Shown here in pieces: positions 46,301 to 56,672 of a stretch of 56,672 nucleotides of DNA (position 1 is the first letter of the stretch; each line of letters opens with the position of its first letter). The position numbers were made by a program, and so were the translations under genes. This DNA is from Eledone cirrhosa (Eukaryota). The DNA lies in NCBI GenBank assembly GCA_964016885.1, contig CAXHJY010000003.1, forward strand, positions 1 through 56,672, written 5' to 3'. The notes beneath the pieces are model-generated. The model had not been told where the DNA came from, ran no database searches, and saw only the letters and a program-made list of their open reading frames with translations.

Positions 46301-48444
46301 TCGCTGAATCTCAACTATTGCTTATTCTTTCCGCCAAGCTTTTTCCATCGTTCACAAAATTGTTGAACTCGCCATATTTGTTATACCAAGTGAAGCCTTT
46401 CTTTCTGTTTCATCATATTATCACGTTCACACATGAGTTTTTCAAAATGGCTGCCAACAACTTTGTTTCGGCACGTGTGGGAAGCACATATCTCGACTCA
46501 CTGAGATACCACACGCCATAGATAATGTTTCTTGCCAAGGATTCTCCAGCCTTAAGCTATATTCTCCTATTTGCCGGATTAAAAATTTACCACGTAAATT
46601 TGCCGTTGAAAACTGCGCATTTATTCAGAATGCTTATTTCTTTGGACCCTTCCAGGTCAACGCATTCTCAACATCGACCATCAACTTTGGCTGTTATTTC
46701 TAGCACTTTGCGCAACTCATTTTTTCTTGGAAAATTTTTACTGTGAATTTAAACATCGAATACGCTCACTCCGCGAGACAACAACAACACAGCTTCATCA
46801 ACAACCAAAACCAGCAGAACAAGCCAGAGAATTTATTTTTGCAGCACTCTTCCTGTGAGAAAATCCCTTCGGAGGTTGGAAATTTCACGTTATACCACCT
46901 GCATACATTCTCTGGAGGACACACTTTCTTTCCTGCTGTCATGTGATTGCACACCTGTGAACTGTATTTTGAACATTTGAACTTTGACCTCTTCTTTTAC
47001 TTTGATTACATTGTATCTTTGAGTGATGGATAGATAGATGTCCAGTCGTTCTCTGGCCAAGAGCGGTTGGCTACCTTGATATCTATCATTGATTTTTGCA
47101 TGCATATATTTTGCTGTTTTCCTTTTATTGCAAACATTTTTTTTTTCTTAATTTTCAGGCCTGGACTTTGGCATTACAACATGCTCGCCATCTTACTTCA
47201 TACATGGTTCATTCGATTTTTATGTTTTAAAAATCTGGCGGGAGATAATGTAGCAAGAGTTGCCTCCCTTGTTGTGACGATCACATCACCAATAGATTAA
47301 CGCTCTCTAGACAGGAAGTAGCTGGAGTTACTTCCCGTTGGAGTGGCAGAACCCTTTTTGTCACTTCCGTCTTGGACCCTATAAAAGGGATACTCAGAGC
47401 GATCTCTCTCTCATTTTGCCCTCTTCTAACCTGCCTGGCCCTTCGGCCAGGCGCGTTCGACTGGCAACCCTAACATGGTCTCTTGCGAGCTCACTTCAAA
47501 ACGGTAACAAATAACTTTACTTCATTCTTTCATCTACTTTCATTGACTAGTCAACCATTCTGTTCTACATAACTTCAACTTGTTAATTAAACTTTATATA
47601 CACAACCTAGTGTCTTGTTATATTCATACACACCAGTATGTTGTTATAGACTAAAAAGATATCAGATGCTGAATTTCCTGATGACATAGTTCTGATGACA
47701 AACACAGTGAAGGAGGCAGACGAGTTGATGCAGGAGGTGGAGACTGTGTCGATGAGTGTGGAGCTAAGAATGAATGAGATTAAGATGAAGTATCTGGTAG
47801 AAAACATTAAGAAGCCAGAGAAGATTATGAATGTAGGCGGGAAGCCGCTAGAGTTGGTTGAAGACTTCCTGTATCTGAGAACAAAGATTGGGAACACAGA
47901 GAATGATGTGGTAGAGAGGAAGAGCAAAGCCTAGGCGGTGCGCCACAGTTTGAAATCAGTCTGGAAGTTGGACTTTCGTAATGACCTGAAGATCCATCTC
48001 TTCATTGCTTAAGTGAAGTCTGTGTTTCTGTACAGGTCTGAGACTTGGACACTGACCAAGATACTCACTCAGATGGTGGATGGGTGCTACACGAGAATGC
48101 TGAGGATGGCTCTGAACATTAATCAGTATACACTGAGGATGAAGAACTCAGAGCTGTACAGGAGTCTCCCAAATGTCAGCTCGAAAGTAACACAGAGGAG
48201 ATTGAGGTTAGCTGGACATGCTCACCAACATTTAGAGTTGACACTGCATTCAGTGCTCCTATGGGAGCCCCTACACGGATTCACTAGAAGAGGGAGACCG
48301 AGGTTGACATATATTGATGCTCTGAGGACAGACACTGGTCACTGGGAGATGTAGGACATGGCAGCAATGATGAAGGACAGAGACCGCTGGAGAGAACTCG
48401 TCTATGGATCTCAGGAATTTTACCCGCCCTAGATAGATAGATAG
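43395..48444 (+). mobile_element. Decayed full-span RTE-clade LINE (APE + RT, internally deleted) with 11-bp TSD and (TAGA)n tail; interrupted by an LTR element
   Basis: ISTLNVRT, AIQEH, ISAYSPT, GDFNA, PVPKKGDLS..NYRGISL, FIDF, GVLQGDTL, FPDD, RLRLAGH, GRPRLTY. TSD attgtttgagg at 43384-43394 and 48445-48455. Confidence 0.88.
45532..47648 (+). mobile_element. Non-autonomous LTR retroelement: 400-bp LTRs 45532-45931 and 47249-47648, PBS 45934-45945, PPT-like tract before the 3' LTR, 4-bp TSD GACT
   Basis: The LTRs differ at about 11 sites by eye. PBS TGGTGACCCCGA; ggcgggagataa precedes the 3' LTR; TATA box cctataaaagg; gact on both flanks; no pol ORF inside. Confidence 0.92.
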
Positions 48445-48928
48445 ATTGTTTGAGGAACACATAATATTTTGTTCATATATAAAGCACACAATATTTAGGA
48501 AAAAATACGCACTTTAAGGTGAAAAAGTTCTTTTCTTATGGTGCCATTTCATGATTCGTAAACCATAACAAAAATTGATCTAAGCAATCGATCATTGATC
48601 ACCAACTATCGATTTTGGTAAAGCTACTGGAGATGCAATGATATCTTAAATTAGTATATATATATGAGAAAAGACTTTGTTGGTATGGACATATGATACA
48701 CATAGATGATGATCACTAAGTGAAGAAGTCCCAAGTAAACTGAGTGCAAGGAAGCTGCAGCAGAGGAAGATAAAGGTGATGATGCATGATCGAGTTATCC
48801 AGTGATATGCCATACTGCAGAAGACCCACTTTAGCACACATATAGGATGAAACATGGAGAGAACAATACACCTTCCCCTGTCTTAATACTCAACTATCCC
48901 TTCCCTCCATCATTATCTATATATCCGA

Positions 48929-49115
48929 GGGCGGTGGATTGGCAGTATCGGTAGAGGGTCGGACGTTATGCTTTGACGCATAGAGTTACGGCCCTTGCCA
49001 TTCTGAGTTCAAATCCCGCCGAGGTTAACTTTGCCTTTCATCCTTATGGGGTCGATAAAATAAAGTACCAGTAATACACTGGGTAATTTCTGGCCTTGTG
49101 CCAAAAGTAGAAACA
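48929..49115 (+). mobile_element. tRNA-derived SINE (Meta-domain-like core) with 17-bp TSD
   Basis: B-box gagttcaaatccc; core gcctttcatccttatggggtcgataaaataaagtacc; TSD attatctatatatccga at 48912-48928 and 49116-49132. Confidence 0.85.
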
Positions 49116-49663
49116 ATTATCTATATATCCGACCATAGACCTCCATTATTCATTTCCTCCATCCCTATCTTCATACTCGCCCCTACCTCCTTATTTAAGT
49201 ACCCCAGTCATTTCGCCCATCCTTATCACGCATACTTCTTCACCATCTCCTTACTGAAGTATCCTACTTTCGTCCTCCCTCCCTTCTTCCATCCCCAACC
49301 CTCCTTGCAAATTTAATAATTCTTGCCCACTGGTCTAAATCCTTCCAGTATGGAAAGGCTATCCCCAACTTCATCCGCCCTCACCCATGTCAACATAAAA
49401 AGCAGGATACATGCACCCAGTATGGTGGTAGTGTTGGTATCTCAACAAAAAAGCCCCCAGTCTACCTTGTAAGGTGGTGCCAGTAAAAAATGGTCCCAGT
49501 ACATGCTGTAATATTAAGAAAGGCACCCAGCAATAGAAACCAAGCCAAAACTAAATCTGTATGAGCAAGACGTGTTCACCTGACCAGCTGCATAATGTGA
49601 CAACCCATCTAACCCAGCCAAGCAGGGAAAATAGATGCTTAAGTGATGATGGTGATATATATA

Positions 49664-49853
49664 TATAATTGTTTCTACTTTTTGGCACAAGGCCAGCAAT
49701 TACCCAGTACATTACTGGTACTTTATTTTATCGACCCCGTAAGGATGAAAGGCAAAGTTAACCTTGGCGGGATTTGAACTCAGATCATAAAGGGACGTAA
49801 CTCTATGCTTCAAAGCATTGTGTCCAACTCTCTCTCAATGCTGCCAATCCACC
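49664..49853 (-). mobile_element. Same tRNA-derived SINE, minus strand
   Basis: Reverse-complement match to 48929-49115. Confidence 0.8.
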
Positions 49854-50029
49854 ATATAATAAGAGTGGTTAAGACGAGGTCATTTCACCATGATTGCTTT
49901 ATTGCATGATATATATTTCTGTTACATGGTTATGTATGTGACTTTATCAGATACTTATGTAATCATAGGTGTAGTTATGCAATCATTGTGATATGTTGCT
50001 GATTATGCATTGCCATTCAGTTGTGATGC

Positions 50030-51560
50030 CAGCAGACATATGCCTGGATTTGGTTAGAACATTCCATTAAATGGAGAAATTCATGTCTGCATCCTTGAGT
50101 GGCCATACGTGGCTTGCCAGTTTCATGGACAATCGCTTATCTGAAAGTCTAAAGATCACCTGATGATTAAGGAAGTGTTCTTTAAACTGGCTCTCCGACA
50201 TACCTACATATGTTTTGACCTCCTGCGGTTGACTCGGCCTCATAGATGACTGCAGGTATGTTACACTGTTGCTGAAGAGGGCATGATTCTGGCTTTTTGC
50301 AGGAGCATCTGGGTGGGAGAGAACCGTTGGGGTTGGTGATGTGGGCTTTTATATTTTTAGCACAGGAATATCCAATTTTCACCCTTAAAGATAGGTTTGT
50401 ATTTAAGTCCAATAAAAAATTTCTTTTCTAGGAGTGCCAAGTTACCTACATTAGTTCTAACTCCAAGCAAGAAGGGTGGACAGAACCAAATTATTTTTTA
50501 TTTCTATTTTTCTTTCTACTGGTAGTGTGATTAGGAGGGGAGTAAAAAATGTTATCAGAGAAGCCACTGTTGGTTGATGCAGTGTTATAGTAATGTGCCA
50601 CTGTCAAAGATGGCCTTGTTAGAAGAAATCCTAGTGCTGATGTTTTTAACAAAGTTTTTAAAGACCGTAGATGGGTGATACGAGTCCTTGTGTATAAAAG
50701 TTAACTTTTCATTAAGCTTTTGGAAAGATATGAATGTGTGTGTGCGAAGGTCTAAGTTGATGACTAAGTAATTAATGCTAGCCAGATTAGTAGCTACGGT
50801 GATCTTAAGTCCTAACTCATTGAATGGGGCTATCAGGTTTTTCCTAAATTGGTCATGGTCGTGACTGCTTCTATGGCTCAATAGGGTCAGACCGTTGTTG
50901 CGGTATAAATCTGTGTGGAAGTCCAGGAATTTGACTCGCAACATATTTGATATGTATAAGCCAACCAAATCACATACATCAGCACTATGGAATGATCACA
51001 TTGAGACATCGAATAATCCTGGGGTAGGAGATTTTTTTTTTTTTTTTTTTTTTTCTGCCCAGGCTACACCATTACTGAAGAGAGTTTTTCTGCAGTAGCT
51101 AATGATCTCTCTATCTATGTCATAGATGGAGATATATGTAGTGATAAATTCCAACACTTTATACAACAGGGTCACTGAGATCGATGGGTGGAAGTCCATT
51201 ATGTCAAACTCAGTGAATTTAGCTTTGTTGGTGTTGAAGGAGTTGAGCCACTTAACAGATTCACTGTTTTCCCACTGGGACAGGTTAGATTTCTTCCTAA
51301 TGGTCTTAACTAGTCCGCTAAGAATAGATTTGCTAATTAACCCCATCTCAGTATATGCTGGGTTCAACAGTCTACAAATGGGGTTAGTAGCAAAATCGAC
51401 TTTGTGATCCTTAAGGGTCTCACACTTAGCTAGGCATTCTAGTTTCTTATCTACCTTAAGGGTGGAGGCTAGGTATTTGGCATCTCTATTGATGTTAATG
51501 TAAGCTGAGGGGTCTGCTTTTTTGTACTCCAATGTTATAGTTGTTCATGCTAAGTGGTTG
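50030..51560 (-). pseudogene. Decayed Penelope-like RT + GIY-YIG element (same group as PLE A/B)
   Basis: ORF fragments TLKDHKVDFATNPICRLLNP, FDIMDFHPSI, FDVSM, VGLYI..LYRNNGL, YLVINLDL, CSCKKPESCPLQQQC..VIYEA..YVG. Confidence 0.85.
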
Positions 51561-53147
51561 TAAGTAGTGTGATCAACTTCATAAATATTGTTGGTTTTAT
51601 CAGATAGGATGAAAGTATTATTGGAAGAATAACATTTTTTAAAGTCTCTGCTAAGTTTGTTTTGGAAAGGGCTAGAGTGTTTGCAGAAAGTAACGCGACT
51701 AACTGAAAGGATAACCAAAAGTTTAACCTAGACTGAACTACCGCAAACGATCGTTTCTTCAAAAGCCGTGCAGAATCCAGCCAGCTCATATATATACTTT
51801 CATTCTCACCGCAGCCATACACGGGTTGAAAATCCCTCCGATGAAACACATGTCCTCGAATATGGTTTGGTAATTTGTGATGGAACTAACTCTATACAGA
51901 ACTCGTTATTTGGACTGAGTACTCTATCAACTTCGGATTTAATCTCACGGTTTTTTGCCACTATATATATATATATTTATATATGCAAAGAAGCAAGTAG
52001 GACCGTCAAACACACAAATGCAGAGCAATCGTCGAATGCCTATACGTAAATAATACACTCAGAAAACAAAGCCAATCATGAACTAAATGTCTATATTAGA
52101 ACTTTGACATCCCCCCTAATCCCTATCTCAGACATCATCTATATTTCCTAAACCTTAACCTGCTCTAAATATGAGTATAGGAGAGACGGATGTTTTCAAG
52201 ATGCAGCCGTCAAATTACACAGTTTCTGTATAAGAATAGACATTAAATAATATCTATTATTACCTGCAGCGACTACAACCCCATTACATAATAGGTCTTG
52301 CTCTATCCTCTTCCATATAACCCTAACCTTAAACCCTCAAACTACCCACCAAGATGAGGTGATGTTGCGCATTGAGAGGCCCAGGTTTCACGACATAACA
52401 ACAACAAAAATCATAGTCAGGAAAAAATACTAAGCTATTGAGGAAATGAACGAAATGATTACAAGATGAAGTATATATATATATATATAAAATTAGGGTT
52501 AGAGTCCTGATGGGGATCAGAAAATGATCACAGTTTAAAAAGGTACTCAAAACGTTGGTACAGTATACTTTATATGGACATTCCTGATGATTTCATACGA
52601 ATGAAACAGTCCTGTAGAAGTTATTTCTATATGAAATAAAGATATATGTGTATGTGTTTGTGTTATTGCATAACATTAATGAAAACACACAAACATATAT
52701 AACATATTCAACTCCACAAAACACTTTTTACCAACATAACTTAGTGAAGACAAAAATACATATTTCTAACAAACCTTAGCAGAACTTTATACCTGGTAGT
52801 CTTTGTAGGGTAGACAACTTCTACGAAACGATTCAACTGAGTTATGTCCCCTATCACAAAATCTCGTTAATGCTTTCCCTGACCTTGTCTGCATTTTTTC
52901 ATTGACGAGTGCAAATTTACCTCACCAAACAATTATTGATTTCAATCTTCTGAGACAATATAAAACGTGTGTAGTTAGATTAAATAAATAATATATATAT
53001 AATATATATAATATATATATATATCCACACACAAACACAGATACATAAATATATGTGTGTAATGTCCCATCTTGAAGTTTTGCTCAATGACCAAACGAGT
53101 TAAAATAATCAGAAATAAAATAATCATTTAATCAGAGCTATTTTTCA

Positions 53148-53531
53148 AATTATAATTGTTTCTACTTTTGGCATCAGGCCAGCAATTATCCCAGTGCATT
53201 ACTGGTACTTTATTTTATCGACCCCGTAAGGATGAAATGCAAAGTTAACCTCGGCAGGATTTGAACTCAGATCATAAAGGGAGGTAACTCTATGCTTCAA
53301 AGCATGGCGCCCGACCCTCTACCGATACTGCCAATCCATTCAAATTATAATTGTTTCTACTTTAGGCACAAGGCCAGCAATTACCCAGTGCATTACTGAT
53401 ACTTTATTTTATCGACCTCGTAAGAATGAAAGGCAAAGTCAACCTCGGCGTGATTTAATCTCAGATCGTAAAGGTACGTAACTATCCTGCAAAGCATGGC
53501 GCCCGACCCTCTACCGATACTGCCAATCCAC
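53148..53531 (-). mobile_element. Two head-to-tail copies of the tRNA-derived SINE
   Basis: 53148-53340 and 53341-53531 both match the reverse complement of 48929-49115. Confidence 0.82.
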
Positions 53532-53589
53532 GTGAGGAAAGAATAGACAAAGAATTACCTATATTTTCTTCCACGTCTCGACTGCAATT

Positions 53590-53990
53590 TCATCGACTGG
53601 TCTGCAGCACATGGTGCTACTTAAGGCGACAGGTGATCTCCGATTTCCACTCAATGGATTTGATGTTGAGTGCTGCATGGCTGGAATGAAAATCAGTTCT
53701 GCGAAAACTGAGACACTTATCTTCTTAAGGAAGCCTGTGCAGTGCACACTGTATATAAATGGAGTTCCACTGAAGAGTGTAGAGAAGTTCAAGTATCTAA
53801 GGACTGTGTTCACGGGTGGTGGAAGGTAAGAGGCAGAATTAAGTGCAAGAATTGCAGGAGCTGGTGCAGTAATATGCCACCTTCAGCATTCAGTAATCAG
53901 ATAGCGAGTTTGGCTTTTATGCCAACCTCCTATCTTCAATTCAGTATTTATGCCAACCCTTACCTATGGTCATGAGTCTTGGGTAATGAT
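53590..53990 (+). mobile_element. RTE-clade LINE internal fragment
   Basis: AGMKISSAKTE..VEKFKYL..RIAGAG..PTLTYGHESWVM. Confidence 0.75.
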
Positions 53991-55359
53991 AGAATTATAT
54001 TAATATATAAAAACAAAATTAGAATTTGATTTCTCACTCTAGCATAGCTGATTACATAAATGTAAGTATGGGTTATATCGAATAATGATAATAATAATAA
54101 TATTCGATTCGTTTGCAAGCAACAGCCTAAGCTATGCTGTCTTGACAGCTATCACCATCCGTTTGTTAAACAGAAGCATGGAGGAACAATCAATATGTTT
54201 CTGGGCCATTACCCTTTATCAGGACTGTATACCTCTCTGCCAATCGATTGAACTGTTGAAAATATATAGTATTCTTTAAATTATACATAGGCTGATTAGT
54301 CTCATTTGCAAGCCGAACAATTTTACATGGACTCCTGCTTCATCCAGCGGGGATATCCCACCCACGCTGATCCAAGCTGCCCTCACCCACAACTGTGATA
54401 CTGAAGACAAGAACCAAAGCCTTAAAGGAAATATCAGAGGCAGCAGAAAGGAGTTCCAGCTGGATCTGGTCAAGGAGGAATGTAAACAACCTCCATACCG
54501 CGTGAAAGGCATCGTGTATTTTAACGCACACTAAGGGAGGTAACTCTGAGTCAGTAGTGTTGATGACAGTATGCTGACTACCAATGTTATTTTTCCAATT
54601 CAAGAGAACATTTAAATACAAGTTTGAAAGCAGAAGCAATGGAAAGTAGTTCCAGCTAGATCCTGTCAACAGTTTTAATACGCAGCAAGTCAGCAGAAAG
54701 GCACCTCATATTTAGCCTGTGCGAATATATACCTTCTACATACTTTTCCTGAATGTGTGTATATATGTCACATCTTTGTAAATAGCTCCGAAAGCAAAAG
54801 ATGGATTTAAGCAAGTAAGTTAATGAATGAACGAAATGAGAAAGAAATAGAGATAAAGAAAGTGAAGAAAGTGAGCTACACACACTCTGATTTATGGAAA
54901 CACTACTAAAAATAACATTTGTGAAACTTGTAATATTTTTTTACATATTCATTTCCATTAGTCTTTTGTTGTTTACAAAAGATAACTAAAAGTTAATGTA
55001 GTGAGTCCTTATTCAACGAAATTCTGACTCAATCGATAGCTTTTGGCTGTTTCTGAAAAATAACTGGAAGTTAATGCAGTAACTCCTTATTCAATAAAAT
55101 TTGACTCAGCTTACATCCATCATTAACAGAAAAATTTTTAATTCTTAGATATTGACTTTGGAAGCTAAAAGCAAAAAATGCCACCAAAGAATAGAACTTC
55201 ATTTAGAAGAAAACCTCATAAAGCTAGAGCAAAGCTGCTACAAAAGGAGAATGAGAGTGAAGAGCAGCGACAAAATAGCCTAAGAAAACAAAGAAAAGCA
55301 ACAAGGAAATGAACCAGAAGTGGACAAAGATAAAAATAAAAAGCCTTGCTGATGATAGA

Positions 55360-55600
55360 AACGTGATGTGCATAAATGATGATTGCTGGGTGAAGAAGTG
55401 TGAGGAAATACCAGTGGAAGGAAGTTGCAGTAGAGGTAGACTGAGAGAGAGAGTTAGGCAGAGGTGGTGAGAGCTGATCGTAAATCGCTCAGACCCACAG
55501 AGGAGATGATCAAGGAACGCAAAGAGTGGAGAGAAGCTGTAGTAGAAAGGACCCTTCCAACCTGTGCAAGTGTGGAAAAGCGGACGTAAAAACGATGATC
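55360..55600 (+). mobile_element. Decayed RTE 3' fragment
   Basis: DDCWVKKC..VEGS..RGR and tail aacctgtgcaagtgtggaaaagcggacgtaaaaacgatgat. Confidence 0.6.
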
Positions 55601-55789
55601 ATCTCACAGAATTTGTTACCCTGGGAATGTCAGAATCACTAATCATAATAAATATTCAAAAAATATATCAAGTTTTGAATTAAATTTCATTATTTTCTTT
55701 AACCAGAGCAATGCCAGGTACTTCTGCTAGTATATATATATATATATATCATCATCATCATTTTACATCCGCTTTTCTATTATTATTAT

Positions 55790-55930
55790 TAGAGTTACTG
55801 CCCTTGCCATTCTGAGTTCAAATCCCCCCGAGGTTAACTTTGCCTTTCCTCCTTACGGGGTCGATAAAATAAAGTACCAGTAATGTACTGGGTAATTGCT
55901 GGCCTTGTGCCAATAGTAGAAACAATTATA
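55790..55930 (+). mobile_element. 5'-truncated copy of the tRNA-derived SINE
   Basis: Matches 48983-49120. Confidence 0.8.
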
Positions 55931-56339
55931 ATTATTATTATATGTAGTTGAAAATGTAAGTATGAATGTATGAACTAACAAAGGAGTCTATTTTATAACT
56001 ATAATTTTATAACTGTATACCCGATACAGATAGCAATCAAACCCCCTTCAATCTACACTACTCTCTTATAAATGTATGAACCAACAGATAAATCCACATT
56101 TCAGAAGACTTAATAGAAATAGCAGCTAAATTTCCCTTAATTCACACCCAACTGTCTTATGTTTGTATGAACCAATGAGAGAGACCTTTATGTTGTAACA
56201 GAATATGCTAGAATACCAAAATCACTCTCAATTAACATCCTTATGTGTGTTATATTACTTAGATACCATATGCAGTTACTGCTGGGCTTCTCTGCTCATA
56301 TATATATATATATATAATATATCTATATATATATATATA

Positions 56340-56545
56340 TATTACTACAAGCATAGTAAGAGGTCAGGGAAGCAAGAAGCTGGAAGAGAATTCCATAGAT
56401 GACATATGCAAGCGAAGACACTATCAGAGTAGAATTTGCAATTCAATTTATGAATTTCATCTGTAATTGGATGAGGCCTAGCTGCCTATCTAGTGCTTCA
56501 TTTAAACATTTGAATACAAGGCAACAAAAAGGAAAGCTCATCAGA
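56340..56545 (-). mobile_element. Possible decayed CR1/L2-like 3' fragment
   Basis: Minus-strand WNSLPASCFP-like trace only. Confidence 0.35.
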
Positions 56546-56672
56546 ACAATTTCTATGAAATCAATATTATAAAAGAAGAGCTGTTTCTCTGTCTGTCCAT
56601 CACACTTGTATTATGTGTGTGTATATATATAAATATATATATTATATATATATAAATAAATACACACAACAT

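Noticed and set aside
51735-51860. HHR upstream of the decayed PLE (AAACGATCGTTT palindrome, ccgatga)
   Set aside because: I could not place a CUGANGA core and stems in the right order on either strand.
52110-52340. Telomere-like CCCTAA motifs
   Set aside because: Scattered single motifs, not an array.
54270-54530. Possible host exon in a GC-richer patch
   Set aside because: No clean splice sites or sustained frame; FIQRGYP..LIQAAL resembles a decayed PLE RT-thumb fragment.
54958-55112. Two-copy ~78-bp diverged duplication
   Set aside because: Ordinary local duplication with no further structure.

Overview
AT-rich eukaryotic, repeat-only DNA with no recognisable host gene or exon. The SINE/RTE families and huge (TA)n tracts suggest a cephalopod such as Octopus; this is inference. 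The first ~30 kb is one (TA)n mega-microsatellite carrying young insertions: a 5'-truncated CR1-type LINE, two Penelope-like elements (PLEs; one near full length with RT plus a C-terminal GIY-YIG), a 357-nt fold-back PLE derivative with captured foreign DNA, two RTE LINE copies with an internal PHD-like finger, RTE-derived SINEs, and a 485-nt non-coding hammerhead-ribozyme (HHR) tandem repeat that looks like a non-LTR retrozyme. The key observation is that the two PLEs and the retrozyme-like element share one architecture, which the fold-back derivative also copies although its HHR core is lost. Each has a type I HHR with a palindromic stem III, a 3' end 43-71 nt past the predicted cleavage site abutting (TA)n, and an inverted 5' copy that overshoots that end. 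This suggests a (TA)n-targeting PLE/retrozyme system copying circular or multimeric RNA templates. The distal ~26 kb holds older debris: Tc1/mariner remnants, piggyBac-like MITEs, R4/Dong-like fragments, tRNA-derived SINEs, a 79-bp minisatellite, a decayed PLE, and a decayed full-span RTE interrupted by a non-autonomous LTR element. The long Ile/Tyr ORFs in the track are microsatellite artefacts.
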